From an uncultured Gemmatimonadales bacterium (lineage in GTDB: Bacteria > Gemmatimonadota > Gemmatimonadetes > Longimicrobiales > RSA9): DNA of 64,000 nucleotides. The position numbers and the translations under genes are program-made. Of this stretch, positions 1 through 9,768 are shown piece after piece; the stretch's first letter is position 1, and each line of letters opens with the position of its first letter. Location of the stretch: positions 32,001-96,000 of the forward strand of contig CAWCUS010000002.1 of NCBI GenBank assembly GCA_963798845.1, written 5' to 3'. Under the pieces are notes generated by a model, which saw only the letters and a list, made by a program, of their open reading frames with translations, ran no database searches and was not told the DNA's origin.

Positions 1-786
1 CTCGGCGTAGAAGCGGCCCGTCCGAACGTAGAGGAGCTTCAACACCAGCGCGAAGATCGGCAGCAGGATGAACATCACGGTCGGGATGTAGCCGAAGAAC
101 CCCCGCGCCACGCGCTCGGCGGCCTGTCGCGGCTCCATGGCACCGAGCTCGCGGGTTCGCCGCACGAGGACGGAATCCAGGCGCGCGATGCCCGTGTGGG
201 CCGGCCCCAGCTTCAGCCAGCTGTCGCTCGTGTCCTGCTGCGCGGGCCCCGAGGCATCGGCGTGGGCGAGGCCGCTCACCCCGGAGTTGCGGGCGAGGCG
301 GCTCGCCAGGGAGTCGCGGGCGGCGCGCACGTTGGCGCGCACCTGGGGCGCGAGTGTCGAGTCGGCGAGCAGGACGTCGAAGCGGGCCACCGCGGCCGAG
401 TCGGCGTTGGCGCCGGTGACGCGGTCTGCCTCCCCGAACTCCGCGTGTTCGAGCGCATGCAGACTGAAGAACGAGAGGACGAGGAAGAAGATCACGCTAC
501 CGGCCAGGTACATCTTGAGCGGCCGGACGTACCGGACAATGCGGCCGTCAATGTGCTCCCGGGTGAGAAAGCCGGGGTGCAGGAAGAGCCCGGCGAGCGT
601 CCGGGGCAGCCGCTTGTCCAGGACGAACTGGTCCTCCAGAACGTCCATCACCATCGCCCGGACGGACACGCGCACCTCCGTCTTCCGCTGCCCGCACGTG
701 GGGCAGTACTGCCCGGGCGTGGGATCCCCGCAGTTCCGGCACGGCTCCTCTGGGCGGATCACCGGCTCCTGGCGCGCTCTGGTCAT
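1..786 (-). CDS. DUF3667 domain membrane protein (3' end outside window)
   Basis: Own translation from ATG 786: MTRARQEPVIRPEEPCRNCG...QYCPTCGQ...LFLHPGFLTREHIDGRIVRYVRPLKMYL...FILLPIFALVLKLLYVRTGRFYAE. Zn-ribbon plus PGFLT/RYVxP pattern of DUF3667. Absent from the ORF track because the stop is off-window. Confidence 0.85.
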   Translation of the reverse strand, partial: MTRARQEPVIRPEEPCRNCGDPTPGQYCPTCGQRKTEVRVSVRAMVMDVLEDQFVLDKRLPRTLAGLFLHPGFLTREHIDGRIVRYVRPLKMYLAGSVIFFLVLSFFSLHALEHAEFGEADRVTGANADSAAVARFDVLLADSTLAPQVRANVRAARDSLASRLARNSGVSGLAHADASGPAQQDTSDSWLKLGPAHTGIARLDSVLVRRTRELGAMEPRQAAERVARGFFGYIPTVMFILLPIFALVLKLLYVRTGRFYAE

Positions 787-908
787 GTGGCACAGAATTT
801 CGGGACGGCGGCGGGTTGCCGCCACCCGGTGTGCGCGCCGCTCCGCCGCCCCGGCGTCCGCGCCTCACGACGAGGAGCGCGCCTTCCCTCACCCTTCCCG
901 GCGTCGCC

Positions 909-1244
909 ATGGTATCCAACGACTACCGCGACTTCGTTCTGGAGCAGCTCCGGCGGGCCACGCCGGCCGTCGTTCATCATCGGGCAATGTTCGGCGGTGT
1001 GGGCATCTATGCGGACGGCGTGTTCTTCGCCCTCATCGCGGAAGACGTGCTGTACCTGAGGGCGGACGAGGAGACGCGGCCGGCGTTCGAGTCGCGCGGC
1101 ATGGGCCCGTTCCTCCCGTACGACGACCCGGCGCGCCCAATGCGCGGCTACTATCAGCTCCCCGGCGACCTGCTGGAGGATGCCGAGTCGCTGGGCGAAT
1201 GGGTGGAGGGGGCGGTGGCCGCGTCGCGGCGGGCTCGCCGCTGA
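909..1244 (+). CDS. TfoX/Sxy N-terminal domain protein
   Basis: RAMFGGVGIYADGVFFALIAEDVLYLRAD...GYYQLP is the TfoX_N signature; start moved to ATG 909. Confidence 0.88.
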   Translation: MVSNDYRDFVLEQLRRATPAVVHHRAMFGGVGIYADGVFFALIAEDVLYLRADEETRPAFESRGMGPFLPYDDPARPMRGYYQLPGDLLEDAESLGEWVEGAVAASRRARR

Positions 1245-1249
1245 CACGA

Positions 1250-1861
1250 CTACCGGTCCACCGCACTGGCAGGAACCGTGACCCGCACCACGCCCCGGAA
1301 CTCGCCTTCGCGATAGCCGGTGGCCTGGTCGAGGGGGTAACGCTCGCTCAGAATGCTGCGCACGGCGGGGTCCATCTGGTCCGGGTCTCCGTGGCATTCC
1401 AGGCACATGTGCCCGATCCGGAGCGGAATGTAGTAGCGGTAGCTGCCCGCGGACGTGCGCTGCACGTACGATGACGGCGCTCCCGACGCCGACCCTTCCC
1501 GCGACGCGAAGTACGCCAGCGCTTCGGCTTCCAGGGAATCGGGGGCGTTGCGCGGGTTCCGCGTTCGGAGCGTGGTTCGCTTCACTTCCCACCCCGGCCC
1601 CAGGGAGCGCGACACGCTGTCGGTCAGCTCCTGCGCCTCCCCCGAGCAGAACGCGATTGCGTCCGCCGGGCCGCCGTTCGCCAGCGCAGCGTTGAGCCGC
1701 CCGCCGAGGGTTCGCACGAGCGACATGGCAGCGGAATCTCCGACCTCCGCCACCGCGGCGCGCGCGCCATCGTCAATGGCTGACTCGCCGCTCCCCCCGC
1801 ACGCGGCGGCGGCGACGGCGAGCGCGAGCATGCCCGTGACTGCGGTCCTCCTCTTCGCCAT
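1250..1861 (-). CDS. DUF3365 (Tll0287-like) haem c lipoprotein
   Basis: Lipobox-like AAAAC, AIAFC, RNPRNAPD, CLECHG haem-binding motif, ATGYREGEFRG. Confidence 0.88.
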   Translation of the reverse strand: MAKRRTAVTGMLALAVAAAACGGSGESAIDDGARAAVAEVGDSAAMSLVRTLGGRLNAALANGGPADAIAFCSGEAQELTDSVSRSLGPGWEVKRTTLRTRNPRNAPDSLEAEALAYFASREGSASGAPSSYVQRTSAGSYRYYIPLRIGHMCLECHGDPDQMDPAVRSILSERYPLDQATGYREGEFRGVVRVTVPASAVDR

Positions 1862-2107
1862 CGGTCCTCCTGGTTCGCTGCATCGCTGGAGGAAGCTGAC
1901 GCGCCGACGCTTCCCGCGCCATGGTTCCAGTCCTCGTGGCGGTGGGGGATCGGCTGGCGTTCGAAGCGCGGATGCGTGACGTTCGCTTCTGGTTTTCGCC
2001 CAATCATCCAGCTCACGGCGGATTCGTCACCGTCTTCCCGGTGAAGGTGCTGGTCGCGCGGCACCAAGTGAAGGAAGCGCTGAACGAGCCGCGAAGGACG
2101 GCAGGAC

Positions 2108-2758
2108 ATGGCTGACGGCAGGGGGTCCTTCTACGCCGATCGCCTCTACCCCCACCTTCTGGAGTGGGTGTCGGGACACTTCGATGATCGACGCCGCGCG
2201 CTGCTGGCCCGGGCGTCGGGGCGCGTGCTGGAGCTCGGTGTAGGGACGGGGGCGGGGCTCGGGCTCTACCCGCCGCACGTGAAGGAGGTCGTGGGAATCG
2301 ACCCCCATGCCGCCGTTCTGCGGCGCGCCGAGCGTCACCTGCGCCGGCTGCGCGCCTCGGACGTGGCCGCGCCGCCGTACCGCGTCGAGCTGGAGGCGGC
2401 GGATGCGCAGGCGCTCCCCTTCGAGGACGCCGCGTTCGACACGGTGGTCGCGTTCCTGACCCTGTGCACCGTGCCCGACCCCGACGCGGCGGCGCGGGAA
2501 GCGCGGCGGGTGCTGAAGCCCGGGGGTCGCCTGCTGGTGCTGGAGCACGTTGGGGCGGAGCCCGGGACGTCGCTGGCCCGATGGCAGGCGCGGCTCGACC
2601 CAGCCTGGTCGCGGCTGGCGGTGGGGTGCCACCTGGACCGCGACACGGCGGCCATCCTCCGCCGCGCCGGCTTCGACACCTCCCCGCTCTCCGCCTACCG
2701 CGACGACGCGCTCTTCCCGCCGACCGCCCCGAGGATCGAGGGCGTGCTGGTGCGGTGA
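2108..2758 (+). CDS. class I SAM-dependent methyltransferase
   Basis: VLELGVGTG motif I, LPFEDAAFDTVV, LCTVPD, RVLKPGG, GCHLDRD. Confidence 0.92.
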   Translation: MADGRGSFYADRLYPHLLEWVSGHFDDRRRALLARASGRVLELGVGTGAGLGLYPPHVKEVVGIDPHAAVLRRAERHLRRLRASDVAAPPYRVELEAADAQALPFEDAAFDTVVAFLTLCTVPDPDAAAREARRVLKPGGRLLVLEHVGAEPGTSLARWQARLDPAWSRLAVGCHLDRDTAAILRRAGFDTSPLSAYRDDALFPPTAPRIEGVLVR

Positions 2759-2895
2759 CCACCCGTCAGGCAACGCTTTCCGGCGCCTGCGCGTCCGAGG
2801 TTCGGGAAGGCGAGTGACCCCGATCCGCGCGACGGGGTAGACCACGAGGCCGGCGACCCGGCCGGCCCGGCAGACACAACGAGGAAAGCAGGCAC

Positions 2896-4968
2896 ATGCG
2901 AAGCAGCATTGGCAGGACGGCCGCGCTCGCGGTCGCGACCATGGTGGCGACGGCGTGCGCCAGGCCGGAGGCGCGGACGATGGCGGCGCCGATGGCGTCT
3001 GCCCCGTCGGCGGGGCTGGTGAGCGGGATCGCGCTGGAGAACTTCGACACCGGCGTGCGGCCGCAGGATGACTTCTACCGCTACGTGAACGGGAAGTGGC
3101 TGGAACAGACGGTGATCCCGTCCGACCGCTCGACCTACGGCGCGTTCACGGAGCTTTCCGACCGCTCGGAGCAGGATCTGAAGGAGATCGTGGAGGAGGC
3201 CGCCGCGGCCGAGGACGCGCCGGCGGGTAGCGACCTGCAGAAGGTGGGCGCGCTCTATCGCAGCTTCATGGACAGCGCGCGCATCGAGGCGCTGGGCGTG
3301 GAGGCGATCCGGCCGGAGCTGGATCGCGTCGCCGCGGTGAGGAGCCACGAAGACCTGCCGCGCTACTGGGGAGAGGCCGCGCGCACCGGCGGGGCTGCGC
3401 CGTTCGGCTCTCGCGTGTCGTTGGATCAGAAGCAGTCCGACCGGTACATCACGTACATGGGCGAGCGCGGGCTCGGGCTGCCCAACCGCGATTACTACTT
3501 CCAGGATGGGGCGCAGTTCGATCAGCTTCGCGACGCGTACCGCGCCCACATCGCGCGCATGCTGAAGCTCGGCGGGTGGCCGGACGCGGATGCGGCGGCC
3601 TCCTCGGTGTTCGATCTGGAGAAAGCCATCGCGGACAAGCACTGGACGCGCGTCCAGAACCGCGACCGCAACGCCACCTACAACAAGATGAGCGTCGCGC
3701 AGGCGGATTCGCTGATGGGCGACATCGACCTCGCCGCCTACCTGCACGCCGCCGGGCTCGAAGCCGCCGATCAGGTGATCGTGGCGCAGCCCACGTACTT
3801 CGAGGCGCTCCCCGCCATCGTCCACTCCGCCCCGATCGAGACGTGGAAGGCGTACGAAGCGTTCCACCTGCTGGACGGCGCAGCGCCCATGCTCAGCTCG
3901 GCGTTCGTGAATGCCAGCTTCGATTTCAACGGCCGTGTCCTCCAGGGGATCGCGGAGCAGCGGCCGCGCTGGAAGAACGGCGTCGACCTGGTGGGCGGCT
4001 CCCTGCGTGACGTGCTCGGGCGCCTGTACGTCGAGCAGCACTTCACGCCGGAGGCCAAGGCGAAGATGGACACGCTCGTCCACAATCTCCTGCGCGCTTT
4101 CGAGACGGGCATCGACAACCTCGACTGGATGAGTCCCGCCACCAGGACGGAGGCGAAGAGGAAGCTGGCGAACTTCACGCCGAAGATCGGCTACCCGGAA
4201 AAGTGGGAGGACTACTCGTCACTGGAGATCCGGGAGGGCGACCTCATGGACAACCTCCGCCGGGTGCGCGACTTCCGCTACCAGGACAACATCAGCCGAC
4301 TGGGCAAGCCCGTGGACCGGACCGAGTGGGGGATGCCGCCCTACATGGTCAACGCCTACTACAATCCGGTGATGAACGAGGTGGTGTTCCCGGCCGCCAT
4401 CCTCCAGCCGCCGTTCTTCAACGCCGCGGCCGATGATGCAGTGAACTACGGCGCCATCGGGGCGGTGATCGGCCACGAGATCAGCCACGGCTTCGACGAC
4501 CAGGGGCGCAAGTCGGACGGGGAGGGGAACCTGCGCGACTGGTGGACGCCCGAGGACGCAGCGGCGTTCCAGGAGAAGGCGGACCGGCTCGTGGCGCAGT
4601 ACACCGCGTACGAGCCGCTGCCGGAGCTGCACCTGAACGGACAGGCCACCCTCGGCGAGAACATCGGCGATCTTTCCGGCCTCACCGTGGCCTATGGCGC
4701 GTACAAGATCTCGCTGGCCGGGAAGGAAGCCCCGGTGATCGACGGGCTCACCGGTGACCAGCGCTTCTTCCTGGGGTGGGCCCAGATCTGGCGCACACTC
4801 TACACGGACCAGGCGCTCCGAAACCGCATCATGACGGACCCGCACTCCCCCGGCGAGTACCGCACCAACGGCATCGTCCGGCACGTGCCGGCGTTCGATG
4901 CAGCGTTCGACGTGCAGCCGGGCGACAGCATGTACCTGGCGCCGGACCAGCGCGTGAAGATCTGGTGA
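2896..4968 (+). CDS. M13 family zinc metalloendopeptidase (PepO-like), probable lipoprotein
   Basis: VNAYY, HEISH zinc motif, GENIGD, DPHSP; signal peptide ending ATAC; purine-rich RBS upstream. Confidence 0.95.
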   Translation: MRSSIGRTAALAVATMVATACARPEARTMAAPMASAPSAGLVSGIALENFDTGVRPQDDFYRYVNGKWLEQTVIPSDRSTYGAFTELSDRSEQDLKEIVEEAAAAEDAPAGSDLQKVGALYRSFMDSARIEALGVEAIRPELDRVAAVRSHEDLPRYWGEAARTGGAAPFGSRVSLDQKQSDRYITYMGERGLGLPNRDYYFQDGAQFDQLRDAYRAHIARMLKLGGWPDADAAASSVFDLEKAIADKHWTRVQNRDRNATYNKMSVAQADSLMGDIDLAAYLHAAGLEAADQVIVAQPTYFEALPAIVHSAPIETWKAYEAFHLLDGAAPMLSSAFVNASFDFNGRVLQGIAEQRPRWKNGVDLVGGSLRDVLGRLYVEQHFTPEAKAKMDTLVHNLLRAFETGIDNLDWMSPATRTEAKRKLANFTPKIGYPEKWEDYSSLEIREGDLMDNLRRVRDFRYQDNISRLGKPVDRTEWGMPPYMVNAYYNPVMNEVVFPAAILQPPFFNAAADDAVNYGAIGAVIGHEISHGFDDQGRKSDGEGNLRDWWTPEDAAAFQEKADRLVAQYTAYEPLPELHLNGQATLGENIGDLSGLTVAYGAYKISLAGKEAPVIDGLTGDQRFFLGWAQIWRTLYTDQALRNRIMTDPHSPGEYRTNGIVRHVPAFDAAFDVQPGDSMYLAPDQRVKIW

Positions 4969-5014
4969 CGCGAGGCTGAGACCGTCACGGCGGCGGCTGG
5001 CCGCCGAAGCGAGG

Positions 5015-5048
5015 AGCGGCGCGCCGGAGCACCCGGGGCGCCGCTTTT
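5015..5048 (+). terminator. probable intrinsic terminator between convergent genes
   Basis: AGCGGCGC (5015-5022) pairs with GCGCCGCT (5038-5045), inner CCGG/CCGG, short T run after. Confidence 0.5.
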
Positions 5049-5056
5049 CCGTGATG

Positions 5057-6205
5057 TCAGTCGCGGAAGAGCCACTGAAGGGCCGGGCCGAGGCGCCTGG
5101 CCCACGCGGACTCGTGGTGGATGGCGCCCGGCACCACGGCCACGCGGATCCGTCGGGCGGGAACGCCGGCCGCGGCGAGGGCTCTCGCGACCGCCGAGGT
5201 TCCCTCCACGTACGCCCGCGGGTACGTGAGCCTCGCGCCGCTCTTGTCCAGCACGTCCGGATCGGTGTCGCGGCTGCGCTCCGCAGTGCCCACGTCCAGG
5301 TAGAAGCGGGACGCGGACAGCGGACGGCGCACCCGTGCTCGTCCGTCGTCGTCATCGGCCCCGCCGGCATCGCGGATGGCGGCCAGCAGGCGATTGCCCG
5401 AAAGCCACGGACCGCCCGCCTCCGCGAACCACACGGCGCTGGACATGGCCAGCACGCGGGAGAACACATCTGGGCGGGTGACGCCCGCGTACAGGGCGAT
5501 GAGGCCGCCCATGCTGGAGCCACCGATGCCGGTGTCCTCCGGCCCGGGCCGGGTGCGGTAGCGGCGGTCGATCTCGGGCTTCAGCGTGCCGACCAGGAAG
5601 TCGACGTATGCGCCGCCCTCGCCGCCCTCCGTGGGTCGCGCCCAGGAAAGGTCCACCCAGTCCGCCATGTGGGTGTTGGGCCACGGGCCGTATTCGTCCC
5701 AGCGAGCCGGGCCGTTGTCCACTCCGACCATGATGAGCCCCGGGAACACGCCCGCGGCCACCAGGCTGTCCACCGTCTCATCCGCGCGCCAGTCCCCGTA
5801 CGGGCCCGCCGAGAAGAGGCTCTGCGCATCCTGAAGGTAGAGGACCGGGTAGTCGCCACCGGCGTCGTCGTAGCCCGGGGGGAGGTAGACCCGGACCGTA
5901 CGCTCGCGCCCGCCGAGCGTGGACATGAGCACCGTGAAGGAATCCACCCGGCCCGGGGAAACGGGGGCGGATCGGTGAGCAGAGGCCGCCGCGCGTTGTT
6001 GGCCCTGCGCCTGCCAGCCGGCGGCGGTCGCTTCGCTGCGGGTGGTCCCGCAGCCCGCGAGCGCCGAGAGGACGAGGAGCGTCAGCGCCCGGAGAACGTC
6101 CCTGGCAGGCGGAGGCGCCGAGCGGGTGTGGTCGGCGCCGCGCGGGTGACCGGTGCCGAAGCCCGCTGGGGAGCCGGCGGGCGAGCGTCGCAGGCGGAGT
6201 CGCAT
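5057..6205 (-). CDS. alpha/beta hydrolase, putative esterase family, possible lipoprotein
   Basis: VYLPPGY, YPVLYLQDAQ, GGSSMGG nucleophile elbow, HHESAW; LAGC lipobox-like; start uncertain. Confidence 0.85.
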   Translation of the reverse strand: MRLRLRRSPAGSPAGFGTGHPRGADHTRSAPPPARDVLRALTLLVLSALAGCGTTRSEATAAGWQAQGQQRAAASAHRSAPVSPGRVDSFTVLMSTLGGRERTVRVYLPPGYDDAGGDYPVLYLQDAQSLFSAGPYGDWRADETVDSLVAAGVFPGLIMVGVDNGPARWDEYGPWPNTHMADWVDLSWARPTEGGEGGAYVDFLVGTLKPEIDRRYRTRPGPEDTGIGGSSMGGLIALYAGVTRPDVFSRVLAMSSAVWFAEAGGPWLSGNRLLAAIRDAGGADDDDGRARVRRPLSASRFYLDVGTAERSRDTDPDVLDKSGARLTYPRAYVEGTSAVARALAAAGVPARRIRVAVVPGAIHHESAWARRLGPALQWLFRD

Positions 6206-6280
6206 GGTGCGACGGTACGGGTCCGGAACGTCGGGATCAAGACGACACCGCAAAGGACGACGACGACCAGAGGAAGTGAC

Positions 6281-6796
6281 TTACGGTCCCCACTCCAGGA
6301 CTTCGACCCGGACCCGCGCGTGACCGGCCCGGTGAATGCCGAGCGCCTTCGCCGCCGCGGACGACAGATCGAGGATCGGGGTGAAGCTGCCGTGGCTTCC
6401 GTACGGGCCACGATCGATCACCGTCACCTCGATCTCCCGCTGATTCCGCAGGTTCGTGACCCGCAGACGGGTGCCGAACGGGAACGCCCGATGCGCCGCC
6501 ACCATGTCGCCCTGCGAGAACGCCCGCCCGCTGGCGGTCCGCTTGCCCTCGAACGTGTCGGCGTAGAACGTCGCCTGACCTTCCTCCACCTTCAGCGCGG
6601 AGCGGTCAACGGCCTTCGCCACCCGCCGGCTCGGCGCGGCGGGGAGGATGGAGGCCGCCTCCGGCGGCTCGAACGACTGCAGCTCCTCGGCGGGCGGCCG
6701 GTCCGGAGTGTCCTCGGGCGGGCCACACGCCGACAGGGCCACCACGGCGGCGAGGCCGGTGGCGCTCAGGAGCGGGCGGAGATCGGTGAAGCGCAT
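6281..6796 (-). CDS. rlpA: RlpA family (double-psi beta-barrel) lytic transglycosylase lipoprotein
   Basis: GQATFY, TASG, AAHRAFPFGT, VIDRGPY, LDLSSAAA; lipobox LSAC; start ATG 6796 with RBS. Confidence 0.9.
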   Translation of the reverse strand: MRFTDLRPLLSATGLAAVVALSACGPPEDTPDRPPAEELQSFEPPEAASILPAAPSRRVAKAVDRSALKVEEGQATFYADTFEGKRTASGRAFSQGDMVAAHRAFPFGTRLRVTNLRNQREIEVTVIDRGPYGSHGSFTPILDLSSAAAKALGIHRAGHARVRVEVLEWGP

Positions 6797-7005
6797 CGTA
6801 TTCCCTTTACTGGTGAATCGCTCACTACTTCCTGGACCGCAAGGACCGTTCGAACGTCCGCCCACGTTCCTGCTGCGACGGCGGCAGGAGACCGCTGCAC
6901 GGCGCGTCCTGTTCGACGCGCAGGCCGTGCACAGGAATCTGAAGCTGACGGCCCTGCGCGGACGTATGTTCTCCTGGGTCGACTCGACAAGAACGGGAGA
7001 GACGC

Positions 7006-7353
7006 ATGCGCAGACACGTCAAGATCCTCGGCTGGCTCCAGATCGGACTCGGCATCCTCGACCTCCTCATGGGCCTCGCCGCGTTCGGCCTGCTCACCGG
7101 AATCGGCGTGCTCTCGGGCGACGCCCACGCGTTCGGGGCGATGGCGCTCATCGGGAGCTTCGCCGGCGTCCTCATGCTCGTCATGTCGGTGCCCAACTTC
7201 CTCGTGGGGCTTGGCCTGCTGCGGAACTGGGGCGGCTGGGTGATCGTCCTGGCGGTCCTGCTCGGGGTCTTCAACCTCCTCAAGTTCCCCTTGGGCACCG
7301 CGATCGCCATCTACACGTTCTGGATCGCGTACCGCCTCTCGAAAGGGGATTGA
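7006..7353 (+). CDS. small hypothetical membrane protein (3-4 TM)
   Basis: Hydrophobic 115-aa ORF with GGGAGA RBS and C-terminal FPLGTAIAIYTFW. Confidence 0.75.
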   Translation: MRRHVKILGWLQIGLGILDLLMGLAAFGLLTGIGVLSGDAHAFGAMALIGSFAGVLMLVMSVPNFLVGLGLLRNWGGWVIVLAVLLGVFNLLKFPLGTAIAIYTFWIAYRLSKGD

Positions 7354-7455
7354 GCCCTCGACTACCCGAGTGGGCGCCGGCGCCGCGCGCCGCGGCCGCT
7401 CTCGGACATCATCCTCCCGAAGTCCGTCCGTCCGTTCCCTACCGCCGCCCGAATC

Positions 7456-7516
7456 TTGCAACGATGGGCGTCTGCCGCGTAGGCTTTCTGTCTGACAAAT
7501 ATTTCTTGACAATGAC
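7456..7516 (+). promoter_or_regulatory. candidate promoter/operator of the glgE operon
   Basis: TTGCAA-18 nt-TAGGCT, then an AT-rich island with palindrome TGTCTGACA and repeated TGACAA. Confidence 0.35.
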
Positions 7517-7528
7517 CAGTGGAGCGTG

Positions 7529-9596
7529 ATGGCCCGAGCGAAGAACGTTTTTCCGACGAACGCCCGCAGCCGCGTGATCATCGAGGCGGTCGAGCCGGAA
7601 GTGGATGGGGGGCGGTTCCCCGCGAAGGGGACGCCCGGGACGGTGTCTGTGGAGTGCGACGCGTATGCGGACGGACACGATGCCATAGCGGTGGCGCTGC
7701 TCTACCGGAAAGAGGGCAAGCGACAGTGGCAGGAGGTCCCTATGTCGCTGGCGTACAACGACCGCTGGCGGGGGTGGTTCCGTGCGGAGGAGGTGGGGCG
7801 TTGGGAGTACACGGTGGAAGCGTGGCCGGACCCGTGGTCGACGTGGGAGCGCGGGATGCGGAAGTGGCTGGAAGCGGATGTGGACGTGGAAACGCACCTG
7901 TTGGTGGGGGCGCAACATTCTGGCGGCGGCGGCGGCACGGGCGGGGAGCGGATGGCCGGAGGACGCGGAGCGGCTGTCGGCGCTGGCGAGCCGCCTGACG
8001 GAGGCGGACGAGCCCGCGGAGACGCGTGCGGCGGCGGCGTTCACGGAGGAGGTCGCGGAGCTCATGCGCAAGCACGCGGACCGTTCCGCCGCGACGCGCT
8101 ACTCGCGGGTGCTGCGCCTGGTCGTGGACCCGGAGCTGGCGCGCTTCAGCGCCTGGTACGAGCTGTTCCCCCGATCTCTGGGCCCGGCGGGGGAGCACGG
8201 GACGCTCAGGGACGTGGAGGCTCACCTGGCGCACGTGGCCGAGCTGGGGTTCGACGTGCTCTACCTGCCGCCGATCCACCCGATCGGTAGAACGCACCGG
8301 AAGGGGAAGAACAACACGCCGGACGCGGCGCGGGATGCCGTGGGCTCGCCCTGGGCGATCGGGTCGGAAGAGGGCGGCCACAGGTCGATCCACCCGTCGC
8401 TCGGCACGCTGGGGGAGCTGAAGCGGCTGGTGAAGCGGGCGAGGGAGGAGCACGGGATCGAAGTGGCGCTGGACATCGCGTTCCAGGCATTGCCCGACCA
8501 CCCATGGGTGAAGGAGCACCCGTCGTGGTTCAGGCACCGGCCGGACGGGAGCATCGCCCACGCGGAGAACCCGCCGAAGAAGTACGAGGACATCTACCCG
8601 CTGGACCTCGAGACGGAGGATTGGCAGGGGCTGTGGGGTGAGCTGGAGGGCGTGTTCCGGTACTGGAGGGAGAAGGCGGGGGTGCGTGTGTTCCGGGTGG
8701 ACAACCCGCACACGAAGAGCCTGCGGTTCTGGGAGTGGTGCATCGGGCGACTGAAGGCGGAATACCCCGACCTGGTGCTCCTCTCGGAAGCATTCACGCG
8801 GCCGAAGGTGATGTATCGCCTGGCGAAGCTCGGCTTCACGCAGAGCTACACGTACTTCGCCTGGCGCAGGGCGAAATGGGAGATCGAGGAGTATTTCAGG
8901 GAGCTCTCGAGCCCGCCCGTAGTGGATTTCTTCAGGCCGAACGCGTGGCCGAACACGCCGGACATCCTCACGGACCAGTTGCAGACGGGGGAGAAGGCGA
9001 TGTACCTCCAGCGGCTGGTGCTGGCGGCCACGCTGTCCGCGAGCTACGGGATCTACGGCCCGGCGTTCGAGCTGCTGGAGGGGCGGCCGCGGGAGGCGGG
9101 GAAGGAGGAATACCTGGACAGCGAAAAGTACCAGATCCGGGACTGGGACTACGCGGGGGAATCGCTGAAGGAGTACATCCGCCGGATCAATCGGATCCGC
9201 CGCGAGAACCCGGCGCTCCAGCACAACCGGTCGCTGCGCTTCCACGGGGCCGACAACGACCAGGTCCTGGCGTTCAGCAAGTGGAGCCACAGCGACGGCA
9301 CGCCGTTCCGCTACCGCTACCTGGAGGAGAAGCCTGGAGATGGCGGCAACCTGATCCTGGTCGTGGTGAATCTGGACCCGTGGCACACGCAGCCTTCCAT
9401 GGTCCACCTCCCCCTCGACGACTGGGGGATCGGCAGCGACGAGAGCTTCGAGGTCCACGACCTGATGAGCGACGCGCGTTACGTCTGGCGCGGGGGGGAC
9501 AACTACGTGGAGCTGAATCCCTACGTCTTCCCGGCGCACATCTTCCGGGTCACCCGAAGCGGGTCCCGCGACGAACACGGGCGGGACGAGTTCTGA
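7529..9596 (+). CDS. glgE: alpha-1,4-glucan:maltose-1-phosphate maltosyltransferase GlgE, frameshifted near 7911-7916
   Basis: N-terminal DUF3416 part (IEAVEPEVDGGRFPAK, DGHD) in ORF 7526; catalytic part (SAWYELFPRS, LPPIHPIG, ENPPKKYEDIYP, FRVDNPHTK, EAFTRP) in ORF 7782. One extra base separates the frames. Confidence 0.92.
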
Positions 9597-9610
9597 CGAG
9601 CATTCGACGA

Positions 9611-9695
9611 ACGCTCGCTGCGCTCGCCTCCGAACGGCCCGGTCGGCCGCTCCGCGGCCTCCGGGCTGCCGCGCGGCGCGCGGATTCGAGGCGTC
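9611..9695 (-). repeat. REP-like intergenic element, inverted relative of 17168-17287
   Basis: Reverse complement reads ...CGCCTCGAATCCG...GCCGTTCGGAGGCGAGCGCAGCGAGCGT versus CGCTTCGAATCCG...GCCGCTTCGAAAGCGAGCGGAGCGAGCGT at 17.2 kb. Confidence 0.55.
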
Positions 9696-9768
9696 GCCGG
9701 GAGGCAGCGCAGCGACCGCAGGGCCAACGAACGACGAAAGCACGGACAACCACGCGACCACGGACGAG

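Noticed and set aside
7901..7925. Programmed ribosomal frameshift in glgE
   Set aside because: No slippery heptamer or known precedent, and two other single-base indels in the window favour sequence error.
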